From assembly GCA_045803585.1 (NCBI GenBank), contig JBJMOT010000116.1, positions 5,219-69,218 on the forward strand: a stretch of DNA of 64,000 bases, written 5' to 3'. How positions within the stretch are numbered: position 1 is the stretch's first letter; every line of letters begins with the position of its first letter. This DNA is from Gemmatimonadaceae bacterium (GTDB lineage Bacteria > Gemmatimonadota > Gemmatimonadetes > Gemmatimonadales > Gemmatimonadaceae). The notes below the pieces were generated by a model, which saw only the letters and a program-made list of their open reading frames with translations, searched no databases and was not told the origin of the DNA. Below are positions 9,489 through 17,818 of the stretch, one piece after another. Both the position numbers and the translations under genes were made by a program.

Positions 9489-10546
9489 CAGCGGGACGCG
9501 GGATGCGGGATGCGGGAAGCGGAGGGCGTCCCCGTCATCTCCATTGGTTTGGTTGTCGCAGGGGCGTCCCGCATCCCCCTTCCCGCATCCCGCCGCTCCA
9601 CCAGGTAGTCGACCAACCGCTCGAAAGGATCAAATCCGACGACATTGCGGCCGTCAGCGACGAAATTCGACAGCGCGTTGATGTCGTAGAAGTAGTGACG
9701 GCCATCCCTGTCATCGACGAGGTACTCGATTCCGCCAACGTCGAGGCTCACACGCTCGGCAATCCGCTCGACCTCACCGATAATCTCCCGCGGCGGCTTG
9801 AACTGCTCGACGCGCATTCCATTCTTCTGCGCGTCAACGGCGCACGCGGTTCGCGAGAGCTCTTTGCCGTCCGTTGTCTGGCAGATGTCGGCGGGGCAGA
9901 GATTGAACGAATCTTCGGCCGGGTAAACGTTGATTGCGTATAGAAATTTTCCATCGAGGACTTCGACGCGGGTGATGTGTCCATCACGCAGAGGCGCCAG
10001 CTCCTGCACCAGCGCCACTCGATCTACGCCGAGGTCGATTCGGCCGGTGAGCGCAGCTTCCTGAAGATTCGCGGGCGTATCGAAGCGGGTAATGCCGGCG
10101 CCGCTGCCACCGATGTTGGCTTTGACGATGACGGGGAACCGCAGGCCACGCGCCGCATCACCGGCGAGCTCCGCGTTATTGATCACCCGCGCGCGCGGAT
10201 AGGGTAAGCCCAACTCCTGGAGGATATCGAGCTGAAGCGCTTTGGAAGTTTCCATCCCATAGCACGCCGCGCCGTTCACAACCGGCACACCGACGCGCTC
10301 GAGATGTCGCAACCAGCTCTGTGTATGAAACGTTACCTGACCATGCCCGCGGAGATATGCGGAGGGGCTGGCGCGGTTGAAAACCAGCGAATACGGGGAC
10401 GTGCTCTCGGAAGGATCGTAGGAATGGGACGCCGCATCGATGCGCTCGTACTGCAGTCCGCGACGGTCAAGCTCCGCGAACAGTGGTTTGAACCAGTCGG
10501 GGTGCTCGTAGTAAATCGCAATCGGTCCATCGGGTGTTGCCGGCAT
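9488..10546 (-). CDS. RimK/glutathione-synthetase-like ATP-grasp ligase
   Basis: NRASPS, FPVIVKANIGGSGAGI, LVQE, GGIEYL, DINALSNF. Stop overlaps the monooxygenase start. Confidence 0.85.
   Translation of the reverse strand: MPATPDGPIAIYYEHPDWFKPLFAELDRRGLQYERIDAASHSYDPSESTSPYSLVFNRASPSAYLRGHGQVTFHTQSWLRHLERVGVPVVNGAACYGMETSKALQLDILQELGLPYPRARVINNAELAGDAARGLRFPVIVKANIGGSGAGITRFDTPANLQEAALTGRIDLGVDRVALVQELAPLRDGHITRVEVLDGKFLYAINVYPAEDSFNLCPADICQTTDGKELSRTACAVDAQKNGMRVEQFKPPREIIGEVERIAERVSLDVGGIEYLVDDRDGRHYFYDINALSNFVADGRNVVGFDPFERLVDYLVERRDAGRGMRDAPATTKPMEMTGTPSASRIPHPASR
9491..9593. repeat. Inverted arrays of GCGGGA(T/C/A) heptamers in the 3' end of the ATP-grasp gene
   Basis: GCGGGAC-GCGGGAT-GCGGGAT-GCGGGAA at 9491-9518 and complementary GCGTCCCGCATCCCCCTTCCCGCATCCCGC at 9564-9593. 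Confidence 0.75.
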
Positions 10547-10578
10547 CTGATCCTCTTACACGTCAGTCGGGCGTGGCG

Positions 10579-10612
10579 AAAAAAAAGACCGCGTCTCTTT
10601 GGAGAGGCGGTC
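10579..10612 (-). terminator. Intrinsic terminator in the leader of the ATP-grasp/monooxygenase operon
   Basis: Minus strand GACCGCCTCTC-CAAA-GAGACGCGGTC followed by 8 T, ending about 30 nt upstream of the ATG. Confidence 0.8.
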
Positions 10613-10634
10613 CGGTCGGCTGCGCAGCGTTCTG

Positions 10635-10677
10635 CTACATGACTTTTGAAGCTATGGAGCGCACCGCACGCTCGCAA
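10635..10677 (-). promoter_or_regulatory. Sigma-70-type promoter followed by an ATG-TAG minigene
   Basis: -35 TTGCGA (10672-10677), 17 nt, -10 TAGCTT (10649-10654), 8 nt, then ATGTAG (10635-10640). Confidence 0.55.
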
Positions 10678-10706
10678 CGGGCACAAGTCTGGCTTAGCAT
10701 CATCGC

Positions 10707-12005
10707 ATGGAGCGACGCAATCCGATGAGTCTCAAGACTCGCGACATCGTACGCATTCTTTCACTGATTTTCGGCTTTTACATCCTGGTGCGCCTCCTGT
10801 GGGTCGCGCACCCGGTGATCTTTTTGTTTTTTCTGGGAGTTCTATTCGGACTTCCGCTCGCTCAGGGCGCTGATTGGCTGGAGAATCGAAGAGTTCCGCG
10901 ACCCATCGGGGTGGCGGTAATTCTTATAGCTTTTTTTGGTCTGATGACGGGTGGCTGGCTGTGGCTGTCGCCCGTGCTCCGGATGCAGTCGCGCGAGCTG
11001 GAGCAGCGTCTCCCAGAGGCCATGGACAAGATCGACGCCTGGCTTGGCCACCGCGCGGGCGGAGTACTCGGAATTCTGTTCAACGAAGAGAGTGCCACAG
11101 ACAGCGTGCGGATTGCCGCGGCAGACCGACCCGACTCGCTTGGCAGCACGCCGGCCGCTCAATCTTCAACAGAGACTGGGGTGGTCGCTGACTCTACTCG
11201 CGCCGTGGCTCCGGCGCCGGCGACTTCAGCAACCGTTGTCAGAACGATGACGAAAACCCGCGAGGTCGAAGTGGGCGGCAATCTGCGCCGCGAGATAACA
11301 CGGCAGTTTCGCGGCGCGCAGCATTCCTTTCTTCGTGTCCTCACTTCGACCTTTGCTATATCGGGCGCATTCCTCTTGGTTGTGTTCATCGCTGCTTATA
11401 TCGCCGTCGACCCTGCCCTCTATCACGGCGGCGTACTGGAGATGGTTCCCCGACGAGAGCGAGAGCGCGCGGCAATTACGCTCACCCGCCTGGCGACCAC
11501 TTTGCGGCGCTGGCTCGTTACCCAGCTGATTGCCATGGTCGTGATTGGTGCCGTGACGACCCTCTTTCTCTTCGCCATCCACGTCAGGGCAGCGCTGCCG
11601 CTGGGCATTCTTGCCGGGATCCTGAAATTCATTCCCATCATCGGATCGATCTTCGCGGCAGTACCGGCAATGGCGATGGCGTTCATAGATTCGCCACACA
11701 AGGCACTCGTCGTCGGGGTCGGCTATTTCGTGATCCAGTTCGTCGAGAATCACGTGCTCGTACCGGTGCTGATGAAAGCGGGTATTAACCTTCCTCCCGC
11801 GCTGACGCTGGGAATTCAGGCGCTGATGTCGGTTCTCTTTGGTTTCATCGGGCTCCTCGTCGCGGTGCCGTTGCTGGCGGCGTTGCTCACGATTGTACGC
11901 ACCATGAGCGCGAGTGAGATGCGGGAGATCTCTGCCGAAGCGGATGCCGCGGTTGCCGCCGCAACCCTTTCGGAACATGGCGCCCCGCCAAGACTCCGAT
12001 CATAA
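10707..12005 (+). CDS. AI-2E family transporter
   Basis: Multiple TM segments, GILKFIPIIG, IQFVENHVLVPVLM, LFGFIGLLVAVPL. TAGCAT 6 nt before the ATG suggests a leaderless start. Confidence 0.88.
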   Translation: MERRNPMSLKTRDIVRILSLIFGFYILVRLLWVAHPVIFLFFLGVLFGLPLAQGADWLENRRVPRPIGVAVILIAFFGLMTGGWLWLSPVLRMQSRELEQRLPEAMDKIDAWLGHRAGGVLGILFNEESATDSVRIAAADRPDSLGSTPAAQSSTETGVVADSTRAVAPAPATSATVVRTMTKTREVEVGGNLRREITRQFRGAQHSFLRVLTSTFAISGAFLLVVFIAAYIAVDPALYHGGVLEMVPRRERERAAITLTRLATTLRRWLVTQLIAMVVIGAVTTLFLFAIHVRAALPLGILAGILKFIPIIGSIFAAVPAMAMAFIDSPHKALVVGVGYFVIQFVENHVLVPVLMKAGINLPPALTLGIQALMSVLFGFIGLLVAVPLLAALLTIVRTMSASEMREISAEADAAVAAATLSEHGAPPRLRS

Positions 12006-12142
12006 AGGCTGGTGGTTGATTAGTGGCGACGCCGCACATCTGGTGTATATAATCAATCAACCTGCACGAGACCTCGCTGCCGATGTACCGGCACGAGCCG
12101 AAGGCGCAGAAAAAAAATCGCTAAGAATTCCAGGAGAATTTC

Positions 12143-12667
12143 ATGATTCGTTTTGCAAGTCGAATTTCTTTCGCCGCGGCGTTGATGGTCTCTGCGCCGC
12201 TCATCGCGGGCGCTCAATCCGCGCCGTGGCGCCAGGTCTATAAGGACGCAGACGTGACAGTTGTCTTTGACACGGCGAACCTTATGCTGCAGTCGCCGGG
12301 AACGTGGACGACGATCACGAGCTGGGACTATGCGCGGCCACGCGTCACCGAGTTCAAAAAGCCTTATACGCGGCTCGTCGAGAGAGCCTATGTCCGCTGC
12401 TCGCCGGTCCGGATCAAGCGGGTGCGCAGCACGGTGTACGCTGCAAACAACGTCCTCGTCCGCGACGAAGGAGAGGTCGACTCGAGAGACGTGGCTCACA
12501 TGGTTTGGGACAGGCCAAAACCGGGATCCGCGGGCAAGAACGCTTTCGAAACCATCTGTGGAGTGATCGCCAGGAAGTCGGGCGGAAAGGCAGCTCCGTC
12601 GAGCTCAGCCGCGACCAAAACGGCTCCGAAAAAGGCAACTACCACCAAGAAAACCACGGGTAACTGA
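12143..12667 (+). CDS. Secreted hypothetical protein (possibly surface-adhesin E-like fold)
   Basis: GGAG RBS, signal peptide ending AGA-Q, two Cys, Lys/Thr-rich tail. Confidence 0.7.
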   Translation: MIRFASRISFAAALMVSAPLIAGAQSAPWRQVYKDADVTVVFDTANLMLQSPGTWTTITSWDYARPRVTEFKKPYTRLVERAYVRCSPVRIKRVRSTVYAANNVLVRDEGEVDSRDVAHMVWDRPKPGSAGKNAFETICGVIARKSGGKAAPSSSAATKTAPKKATTTKKTTGN

Positions 12668-12730
12668 CGGGTGCTGAAAAGTAGTAGCTAGCCCGAAATT
12701 TTTCTGGCTGGGAAGGAGCGAAAAATCGTC

Positions 12731-12771
12731 AAAAAAGAGGGGTTCCGGGGCGCGATCCGGAGCCCTTTTTT
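12731..12771. terminator. Probable bidirectional intrinsic terminator
   Basis: AAAAAAGAGGGGTTCCGG...CCGGAGCCCTTTTTT. Confidence 0.6.
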
Positions 12772-12909
12772 CTTGCCCTCCAACTCCCCGTTTTTCCCCC
12801 GGATGTCCTCAACGCAAGTCCTTATCCCCCACGGAGTTAATTGAATAGCTAAGCTAGTGTTTTTTCATGCCAAAACTGGTCTTTTTTTGCCCCTGAATTT
12901 TGGCCACGT

Positions 12910-12925
12910 TGGCAAGGCGGTTGCT
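12910..12925 (+). promoter_or_regulatory. Sigma-54 (-24/-12) promoter upstream of the tonB-like gene
   Basis: TGGCAAG-GCGG-TTGCT matches TGGCACG-N4-TTGCW with exact GG-N10-GC spacing, preceded by an AT-rich tract. Confidence 0.7.
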
Positions 12926-12963
12926 ATATGTAAATGTGCGTTTTTCAACCGGGGAGCCTTCCA

Positions 12964-13788
12964 ATGATGCAGCTACTAGAATCCAAGAAACCAGTCAAAA
13001 AAGGGCGGTCTGTAAGCGGGACCATCTCTAGCGTCATATTGCACGTCGCAGTGATCTTTCTGGCCGTTTTCGCCACCGCACGCGCAGGTACCGCGAAGCG
13101 CGAGCGCGTGAAAGCTGAGAACGTCCGCTTCGTCGCCGTTAAGAAGGCAGAGCCGCCTCCTCCGCCAAAGAAGGAGCCACCTCCGCCTCCCAAGAAGGTA
13201 GAAGCGCCGAAGCCCAAGCCGAAGGCTCCAGAGCTGCCAAAAGTGAAGGCGCCTGAGCTTCCGAAGGTCGAGACCCCGGCCCCGCCGAAGGGTTTCCAGG
13301 TCGTGCCGCCGCCTGTCAGCATTCCGACCAACCTGCCTGCGGTTGACCTTTCAAAGGCGGTCACCAATGAAGCCGACTTCAGCGGCAAGGGTGTCGCTGG
13401 TGGAAAGGCCAATGGCGTAGAGGGTGGCACGGGCAAGGAAGGCGACACCGGCAAGGAAGCGGGCGTCAAGAAGGAAGAGGAGCACACTGGCCCGTATATG
13501 GAATTCCAGGTCGAGAAGGCGGTCGAGAAAATCGGCGGCGACGCACCGGAATATCCGTCGATGCTGAAGGACCAGGGCGTCGAGGGCCAGGTTATGGCGC
13601 AGTTCGTCGTCAATGAGAGCGGCCGCGCCGAGATGGGCACCCTCAAGATCCTTAACTCTAGCAATCCGCTGTTCACCGCCGCCGTGAAAAATGCGCTCCC
13701 CCGTATGAAGTTCTCGGCGGCGCAGATCGGGGGTAAGAAGGTTCAGCAGCTCGTGCAGATGCCGTTTCAGTTTCATCTCTCCCACTAA
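12964..13788 (+). CDS. TonB family energy transducer
   Basis: N-terminal TM with SVILH, Pro/Lys-rich spacer, C-terminal PEYP...GVEGQVMAQFVV...F TonB_C domain; GGGGAG RBS before ATG 12964. Confidence 0.88.
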   Translation: MMQLLESKKPVKKGRSVSGTISSVILHVAVIFLAVFATARAGTAKRERVKAENVRFVAVKKAEPPPPPKKEPPPPPKKVEAPKPKPKAPELPKVKAPELPKVETPAPPKGFQVVPPPVSIPTNLPAVDLSKAVTNEADFSGKGVAGGKANGVEGGTGKEGDTGKEAGVKKEEEHTGPYMEFQVEKAVEKIGGDAPEYPSMLKDQGVEGQVMAQFVVNESGRAEMGTLKILNSSNPLFTAAVKNALPRMKFSAAQIGGKKVQQLVQMPFQFHLSH

Positions 13789-13806
13789 CGAGCAACCCGA
13801 TCGAGT

Positions 13807-13837
13807 AAAGCCGCGGAGGAATCCCCTCCGCGGCTTT
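13807..13837. terminator. Intrinsic terminator after the tonB-like gene
   Basis: AAAGCCGCGGAGG-AATCC-CCTCCGCGGCTTT. Confidence 0.7.
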
Positions 13838-13909
13838 GCGTTGCCCGGTCTGCAGATCGAGAAAGAAAAGGCGGTGTATCATCAACGGATCACGTAGATT
13901 GAACCGCTC

Positions 13910-15538
13910 ATGAATCGATTTTTCCTCGTCGGAGCGCTGGCGTATGCCACGCTGGCCCCGCCGGTGAACGCACAAAAAACAGCTCCCCGCACCACGACCC
14001 GGCCGAAGCCGCAGACCCCTGTGGCCATTCCGCCTGCCGTAGTCGTGCTCCAGGTCGACACGTCCGCCGGCGATTCCACGCGTACGATCATTCAGCGCGA
14101 CTTCGACTACGGCGATCGAATCCAGCCGCTGATCCTCGACAGTGTCACCCTCGCCGACGTCTGGAAACCCGGCAATCGAAGCATCAACTTTGCGCCCCTC
14201 GCCCAGACGCGCGCCAACTTCGTGGTGCGCGCGCGTCCAACGACAGCCGGTTTGCATGTCGAGGTTTACGACCTGCCTCGCGGGCGTTTGCGGCAGGAAG
14301 ACTATTTCCGGTTGCCGAAGCTTCCCGCGAGAAGACTCGAAGCCGTACGCGATTCTCTGGCCGGAGTCCTCGCCCGCAGAGCAGGGGCTACCGGCGATGC
14401 CTTGGCGGCGATCGCGACGACGCGTGACAGCCTTACGGCGCAAGCGGCGAAGACTGTCCCGCTCAAGACCACACGCGACCGTGCCAATGCGCGACGCGCT
14501 GCCGCGGTTAGAGATTCTCTCTCACGCGAGCTGGATCGCCGGGAGGCGAACCTGCAGGCGAACGCCGCTCAGGACACCGTGCGGATGGATTCGGTGCTGA
14601 CAAGGTTCGCGGCGAGGGATTCCGTCGCCAGAGACTCCGCGGCTCGAGAGCGGAGGCTCGGCATACACGTCGTGGCGGATGAGATCGAGCGCTGGATCAC
14701 GGGCACCCGCGGAATCTCGGCGACGAGAATCGCCTTCATCGACGGTACCAAGCTCAAGATCATCGATAGCGATGGGGCCAACGAGCGCACTTTGCCGACA
14801 GCGAGTGCAGCGCTTTCACCTGCGTGGAGTCCGACCGGCAAGTCCATCGTATACGCCGATGCAGACGATCGCGGGACGCGGATCGCCCAGATTGATCTAC
14901 GAACGATGCGCCCACGACTGCTCGCCGCCTCGAATCGTGGACTGAACATCACGCCGGTCTACACCCGTGATGGCAAGAACATCGTCTGGGCGAGCGGCGG
15001 GGACGCTCCCGCGGAGCTGGTCCTCGCTGACGCCAGCGGCCAGGACACTATCTCAGTGCCATACGTCGGGCGCCTTGGCGCGGAAACCACGTCGCCAAGT
15101 TTCAGTCCCGACGGAAAGCAGATCGTATTCATGTCGCCGGTTCCTTTGACGCCGCAGCTCTACATCATGAACGTCGACGGTACGGGCCTGAAGCTGCTCA
15201 CTCCCATCGTGCCCGGAAAGCGCAGCTACCGGACGGGGCCGGAGTGGTCGCCGAAGGGCGACGAGATCGCGTTCCAGCAGCAGAACGGCGACTTCCAGGT
15301 CTGGACGATTCGCATCAAGGATCGCTTCATGAGACAGCTCACCAACGAGGGTGAGAACGAGGATCCGTCGTGGGCGCCGGACGGCCGGCACATGTCGATC
15401 ACGCGCAGGCTCGGGGCGATCGGGGATCCGCGGAGCATCTGGATCCTGGACGAACAAACGGGCCGACTCCGTCAGCTGACTTTGTCAGGTGACGCGCGAC
15501 TCTCAGACTGGTCGCCTCCGGTGCGTCCAACGTATTAA
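13910..15538 (+). CDS. TolB-like beta-propeller protein (PD40 repeats)
   Basis: Signal peptide, TolB_N-like region, repeats SPAWSPTG, PSFSPDGK, PEWSPKG, PSWAPDG. Confidence 0.82.
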   Translation: MNRFFLVGALAYATLAPPVNAQKTAPRTTTRPKPQTPVAIPPAVVVLQVDTSAGDSTRTIIQRDFDYGDRIQPLILDSVTLADVWKPGNRSINFAPLAQTRANFVVRARPTTAGLHVEVYDLPRGRLRQEDYFRLPKLPARRLEAVRDSLAGVLARRAGATGDALAAIATTRDSLTAQAAKTVPLKTTRDRANARRAAAVRDSLSRELDRREANLQANAAQDTVRMDSVLTRFAARDSVARDSAARERRLGIHVVADEIERWITGTRGISATRIAFIDGTKLKIIDSDGANERTLPTASAALSPAWSPTGKSIVYADADDRGTRIAQIDLRTMRPRLLAASNRGLNITPVYTRDGKNIVWASGGDAPAELVLADASGQDTISVPYVGRLGAETTSPSFSPDGKQIVFMSPVPLTPQLYIMNVDGTGLKLLTPIVPGKRSYRTGPEWSPKGDEIAFQQQNGDFQVWTIRIKDRFMRQLTNEGENEDPSWAPDGRHMSITRRLGAIGDPRSIWILDEQTGRLRQLTLSGDARLSDWSPPVRPTY

Positions 15539-15672
15539 CTGCGGGACGCGGGACCGGGGAAGCCGGCTGCTCCCTTTTCTTGAGGCCCAGGTGGGCGGGC
15601 AAGTTGGTCCACAGGTAACGGCGTCGAGTTCGGCTCGTATTATGGGTAGCGCAAACCGACACACCTGAGGCG

Positions 15673-16938
15673 ATGATGACCACCACCGCGCAGCCACGCA
15701 CGGTATCCCCGATCTATAACGCCACCACCTCGACGGTCGCACCTGCCGTTCCGCTACGGGAGCGCTTGGTGTCGCTCGACGTCTTTCGCGGGATCACCAT
15801 CGCCGGCATGCTGCTGGTGAATAATCCCGGAACGTGGAGCGCGATCTTCCCGCCGCTTGAGCACGCGGAATGGAACGGGTGGACTCCGACCGATTTGATC
15901 TTTCCATTCTTCCTTTTCATCGTCGGAATCACGACGCACCTGTCGATCTCCGCGCGCCGCGCGCGCGGAGATGACGATTCGGCGCTCATCAAACAGATTC
16001 TGCGCCGGGGAATCATCATCTATCTGCTTGGCTTCGGGATGGCGATGTTCCCGTTCTTCCAGTGGGGCTCGATACAGTCGCTTCCCAACGCGACGGCGTG
16101 GGATCGTATCCTTTATAGAATCGAGCATGTGCGACTGCTGGGTGTGCTTCCCAGAATCGCGATCGTGTACATCTGCGCCGGCCTGCTAACCCTCAAGACG
16201 ACACTCAAACAGCAAATCGCGATCATCGCCACGCTCTTGTTCGGCTACTGGTTCGCCATGACGGTGCTGCCAGTCCCAGGTGAGAATGCGATCGGCGCGC
16301 AGCTCCTCAACACCCACGACAGAAATCTCGCCGCGTATCTGGACCGGTTGATTCTGACAACGAATCACACCTGGACGGGCAGCGTCACCTTCGACCCTGA
16401 AGGTCCATTCTCGACTCTCCCTGCAATAGCAACGGCGATGCTCGGCGTACTCGCCGGCACCTGGATCGCGCGCAAGGACAAGCAGCTGCTGGATCGAATC
16501 AGCGGACTCTTTGCCGCCGGCGCAATCGGAATGGTTGTTGGCTTGATGTGGAACTGGTCGTTCCCGATCAACAAGAATCTCTGGACCAGCTCTTACGTTG
16601 TCTTCACCGCGGGAATGGCCTCCGTCACGCTGGCAACGGTGATGTGGATCGTCGACTACAACCAGGTGAAGGGGTGGACGAAGCCGTTTGTGGTTTACGG
16701 CGTGAACCCGATCGTCGCGTTCGTCGGGTCGGGAGTGCTGGCGCGGTTGATCTACACGCTCTGGCACGTCGACTATCAGGGCAAGTCCGTCGCTATTCAG
16801 GACGCGATTTATCAGTCGGTCTTTCTGCCCTGGCTGCCGGAACGCGTCGCGTCGCTGGCATTCGCAATCAGCTTCGTCCTACTCTGGTACGGAATCCTTC
16901 TCGTTCTGTATCGACGGAAGATCATCCTGAAGGTCTAG
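15673..16938 (+). CDS. Heparan-alpha-glucosaminide N-acetyltransferase / NagX-like membrane protein
   Basis: [10 protein letters not shown]...[44 protein letters not shown]. Confidence 0.9.
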   Translation: MMTTTAQPRTVSPIYNATTSTVAPAVPLRERLVSLDVFRGITIAGMLLVNNPGTWSAIFPPLEHAEWNGWTPTDLIFPFFLFIVGITTHLSISARRARGDDDSALIKQILRRGIIIYLLGFGMAMFPFFQWGSIQSLPNATAWDRILYRIEHVRLLGVLPRIAIVYICAGLLTLKTTLKQQIAIIATLLFGYWFAMTVLPVPGENAIGAQLLNTHDRNLAAYLDRLILTTNHTWTGSVTFDPEGPFSTLPAIATAMLGVLAGTWIARKDKQLLDRISGLFAAGAIGMVVGLMWNWSFPINKNLWTSSYVVFTAGMASVTLATVMWIVDYNQVKGWTKPFVVYGVNPIVAFVGSGVLARLIYTLWHVDYQGKSVAIQDAIYQSVFLPWLPERVASLAFAISFVLLWYGILLVLYRRKIILKV

Positions 16939-16943
16939 CCTGT

Positions 16944-17798
16944 TCACGGCGAAAGCCGCGGCGATTCTAATCCTGGAAAGGATGTCTGTTTGTAGTCCGC
17001 GGGAACAGCGAAAGTCGAGTCCGGAATCGATGCACGGCGAACGTTCTTGACGTCAGACGTGTCGCTGCGGGTTAGGGTGCCGTTGGGAGTAATGGCTGTT
17101 GTCTGCCGCTCAGAGTGGAGGGGGAACCCCCTTGCCTTGCGAGCGGCCGCGCTGGCTTGGTCGACAAAGTTTTTCGGCAATCCGATGGTGGTCGACATCG
17201 ACCGTACCAGCTCGCGCGCCCCGCCAGACGCTCCCATCAGGGTCGCGTACTCAGCGAGATCGACCGCGTTCTGCGTTTCAGATACTACCTGGCTCTCAAC
17301 TGTCTGGTCACGACCCATCATGACCACGTGTATTTTCGTGTGGCCAACGAGGCGATACCTGAGAGTATTGTGGCCGTCGATCGTCGGCCCAGGGCCGAGG
17401 CTGTCCACCTGAAAGGTCGAGGCGGCGCTATCGAACGTCATCGATCCGCCCATCGATTCCATCATCTTTCGGGCACCTTCCATCATCTCGAGCGGCTTGA
17501 TGGACACGTACTCCTTTTTTGCCGGATCGAGCACGATAAACTCTGCCCCTCCACCGCGGAGGATGAGCACGCCGTGATCTCCCAGGGGCAGAGCCCGAAA
17601 TTGTCCGCTGGTGGGACGCTTTTCGAACTCCATTCGTACCGCGTTAGCCGTCGCCAGCATGTGGACCACGTTGGTCGCAGTGTCACCCTGGCCGTTCCGA
17701 GTATAGACGTCGAAGGAGAGGCCCGGCTGGGATTGGGCGGAAAGTGTTTGCGCGCTGAAGAAAACGCAGACGACGCACAGCTTCGATCCGAAGCGCAT
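16944..17798 (-). CDS. Secreted hypothetical protein (DUF4412-like)
   Basis: Signal peptide, GPTIDGHNT, GFPL, C-terminal IPDSTFAVPADY. Confidence 0.7.
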   Translation of the reverse strand: MRFGSKLCVVCVFFSAQTLSAQSQPGLSFDVYTRNGQGDTATNVVHMLATANAVRMEFEKRPTSGQFRALPLGDHGVLILRGGGAEFIVLDPAKKEYVSIKPLEMMEGARKMMESMGGSMTFDSAASTFQVDSLGPGPTIDGHNTLRYRLVGHTKIHVVMMGRDQTVESQVVSETQNAVDLAEYATLMGASGGARELVRSMSTTIGLPKNFVDQASAAARKARGFPLHSERQTTAITPNGTLTRSDTSDVKNVRRASIPDSTFAVPADYKQTSFPGLESPRLSP

Positions 17799-17818
17799 GG
17801 TGATCCTTCGAGAGAGAG

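Noticed and set aside
10547-10700. SAM or other known riboswitch upstream of the sulfur-related operon
   Set aside because: No SAM-I/II/IV core consensus is visible, and the predicted leader before the terminator is too short.
12661-12674. AACTGACGGGTGC, a partial match to the three-copy intergenic motif
   Set aside because: Only about 13 nt with a gap and without the flanking conserved blocks; could be chance.
13140-13320. Repetitive DNA in the tonB-like gene
   Set aside because: It encodes the normal Pro/Lys-rich TonB spacer.
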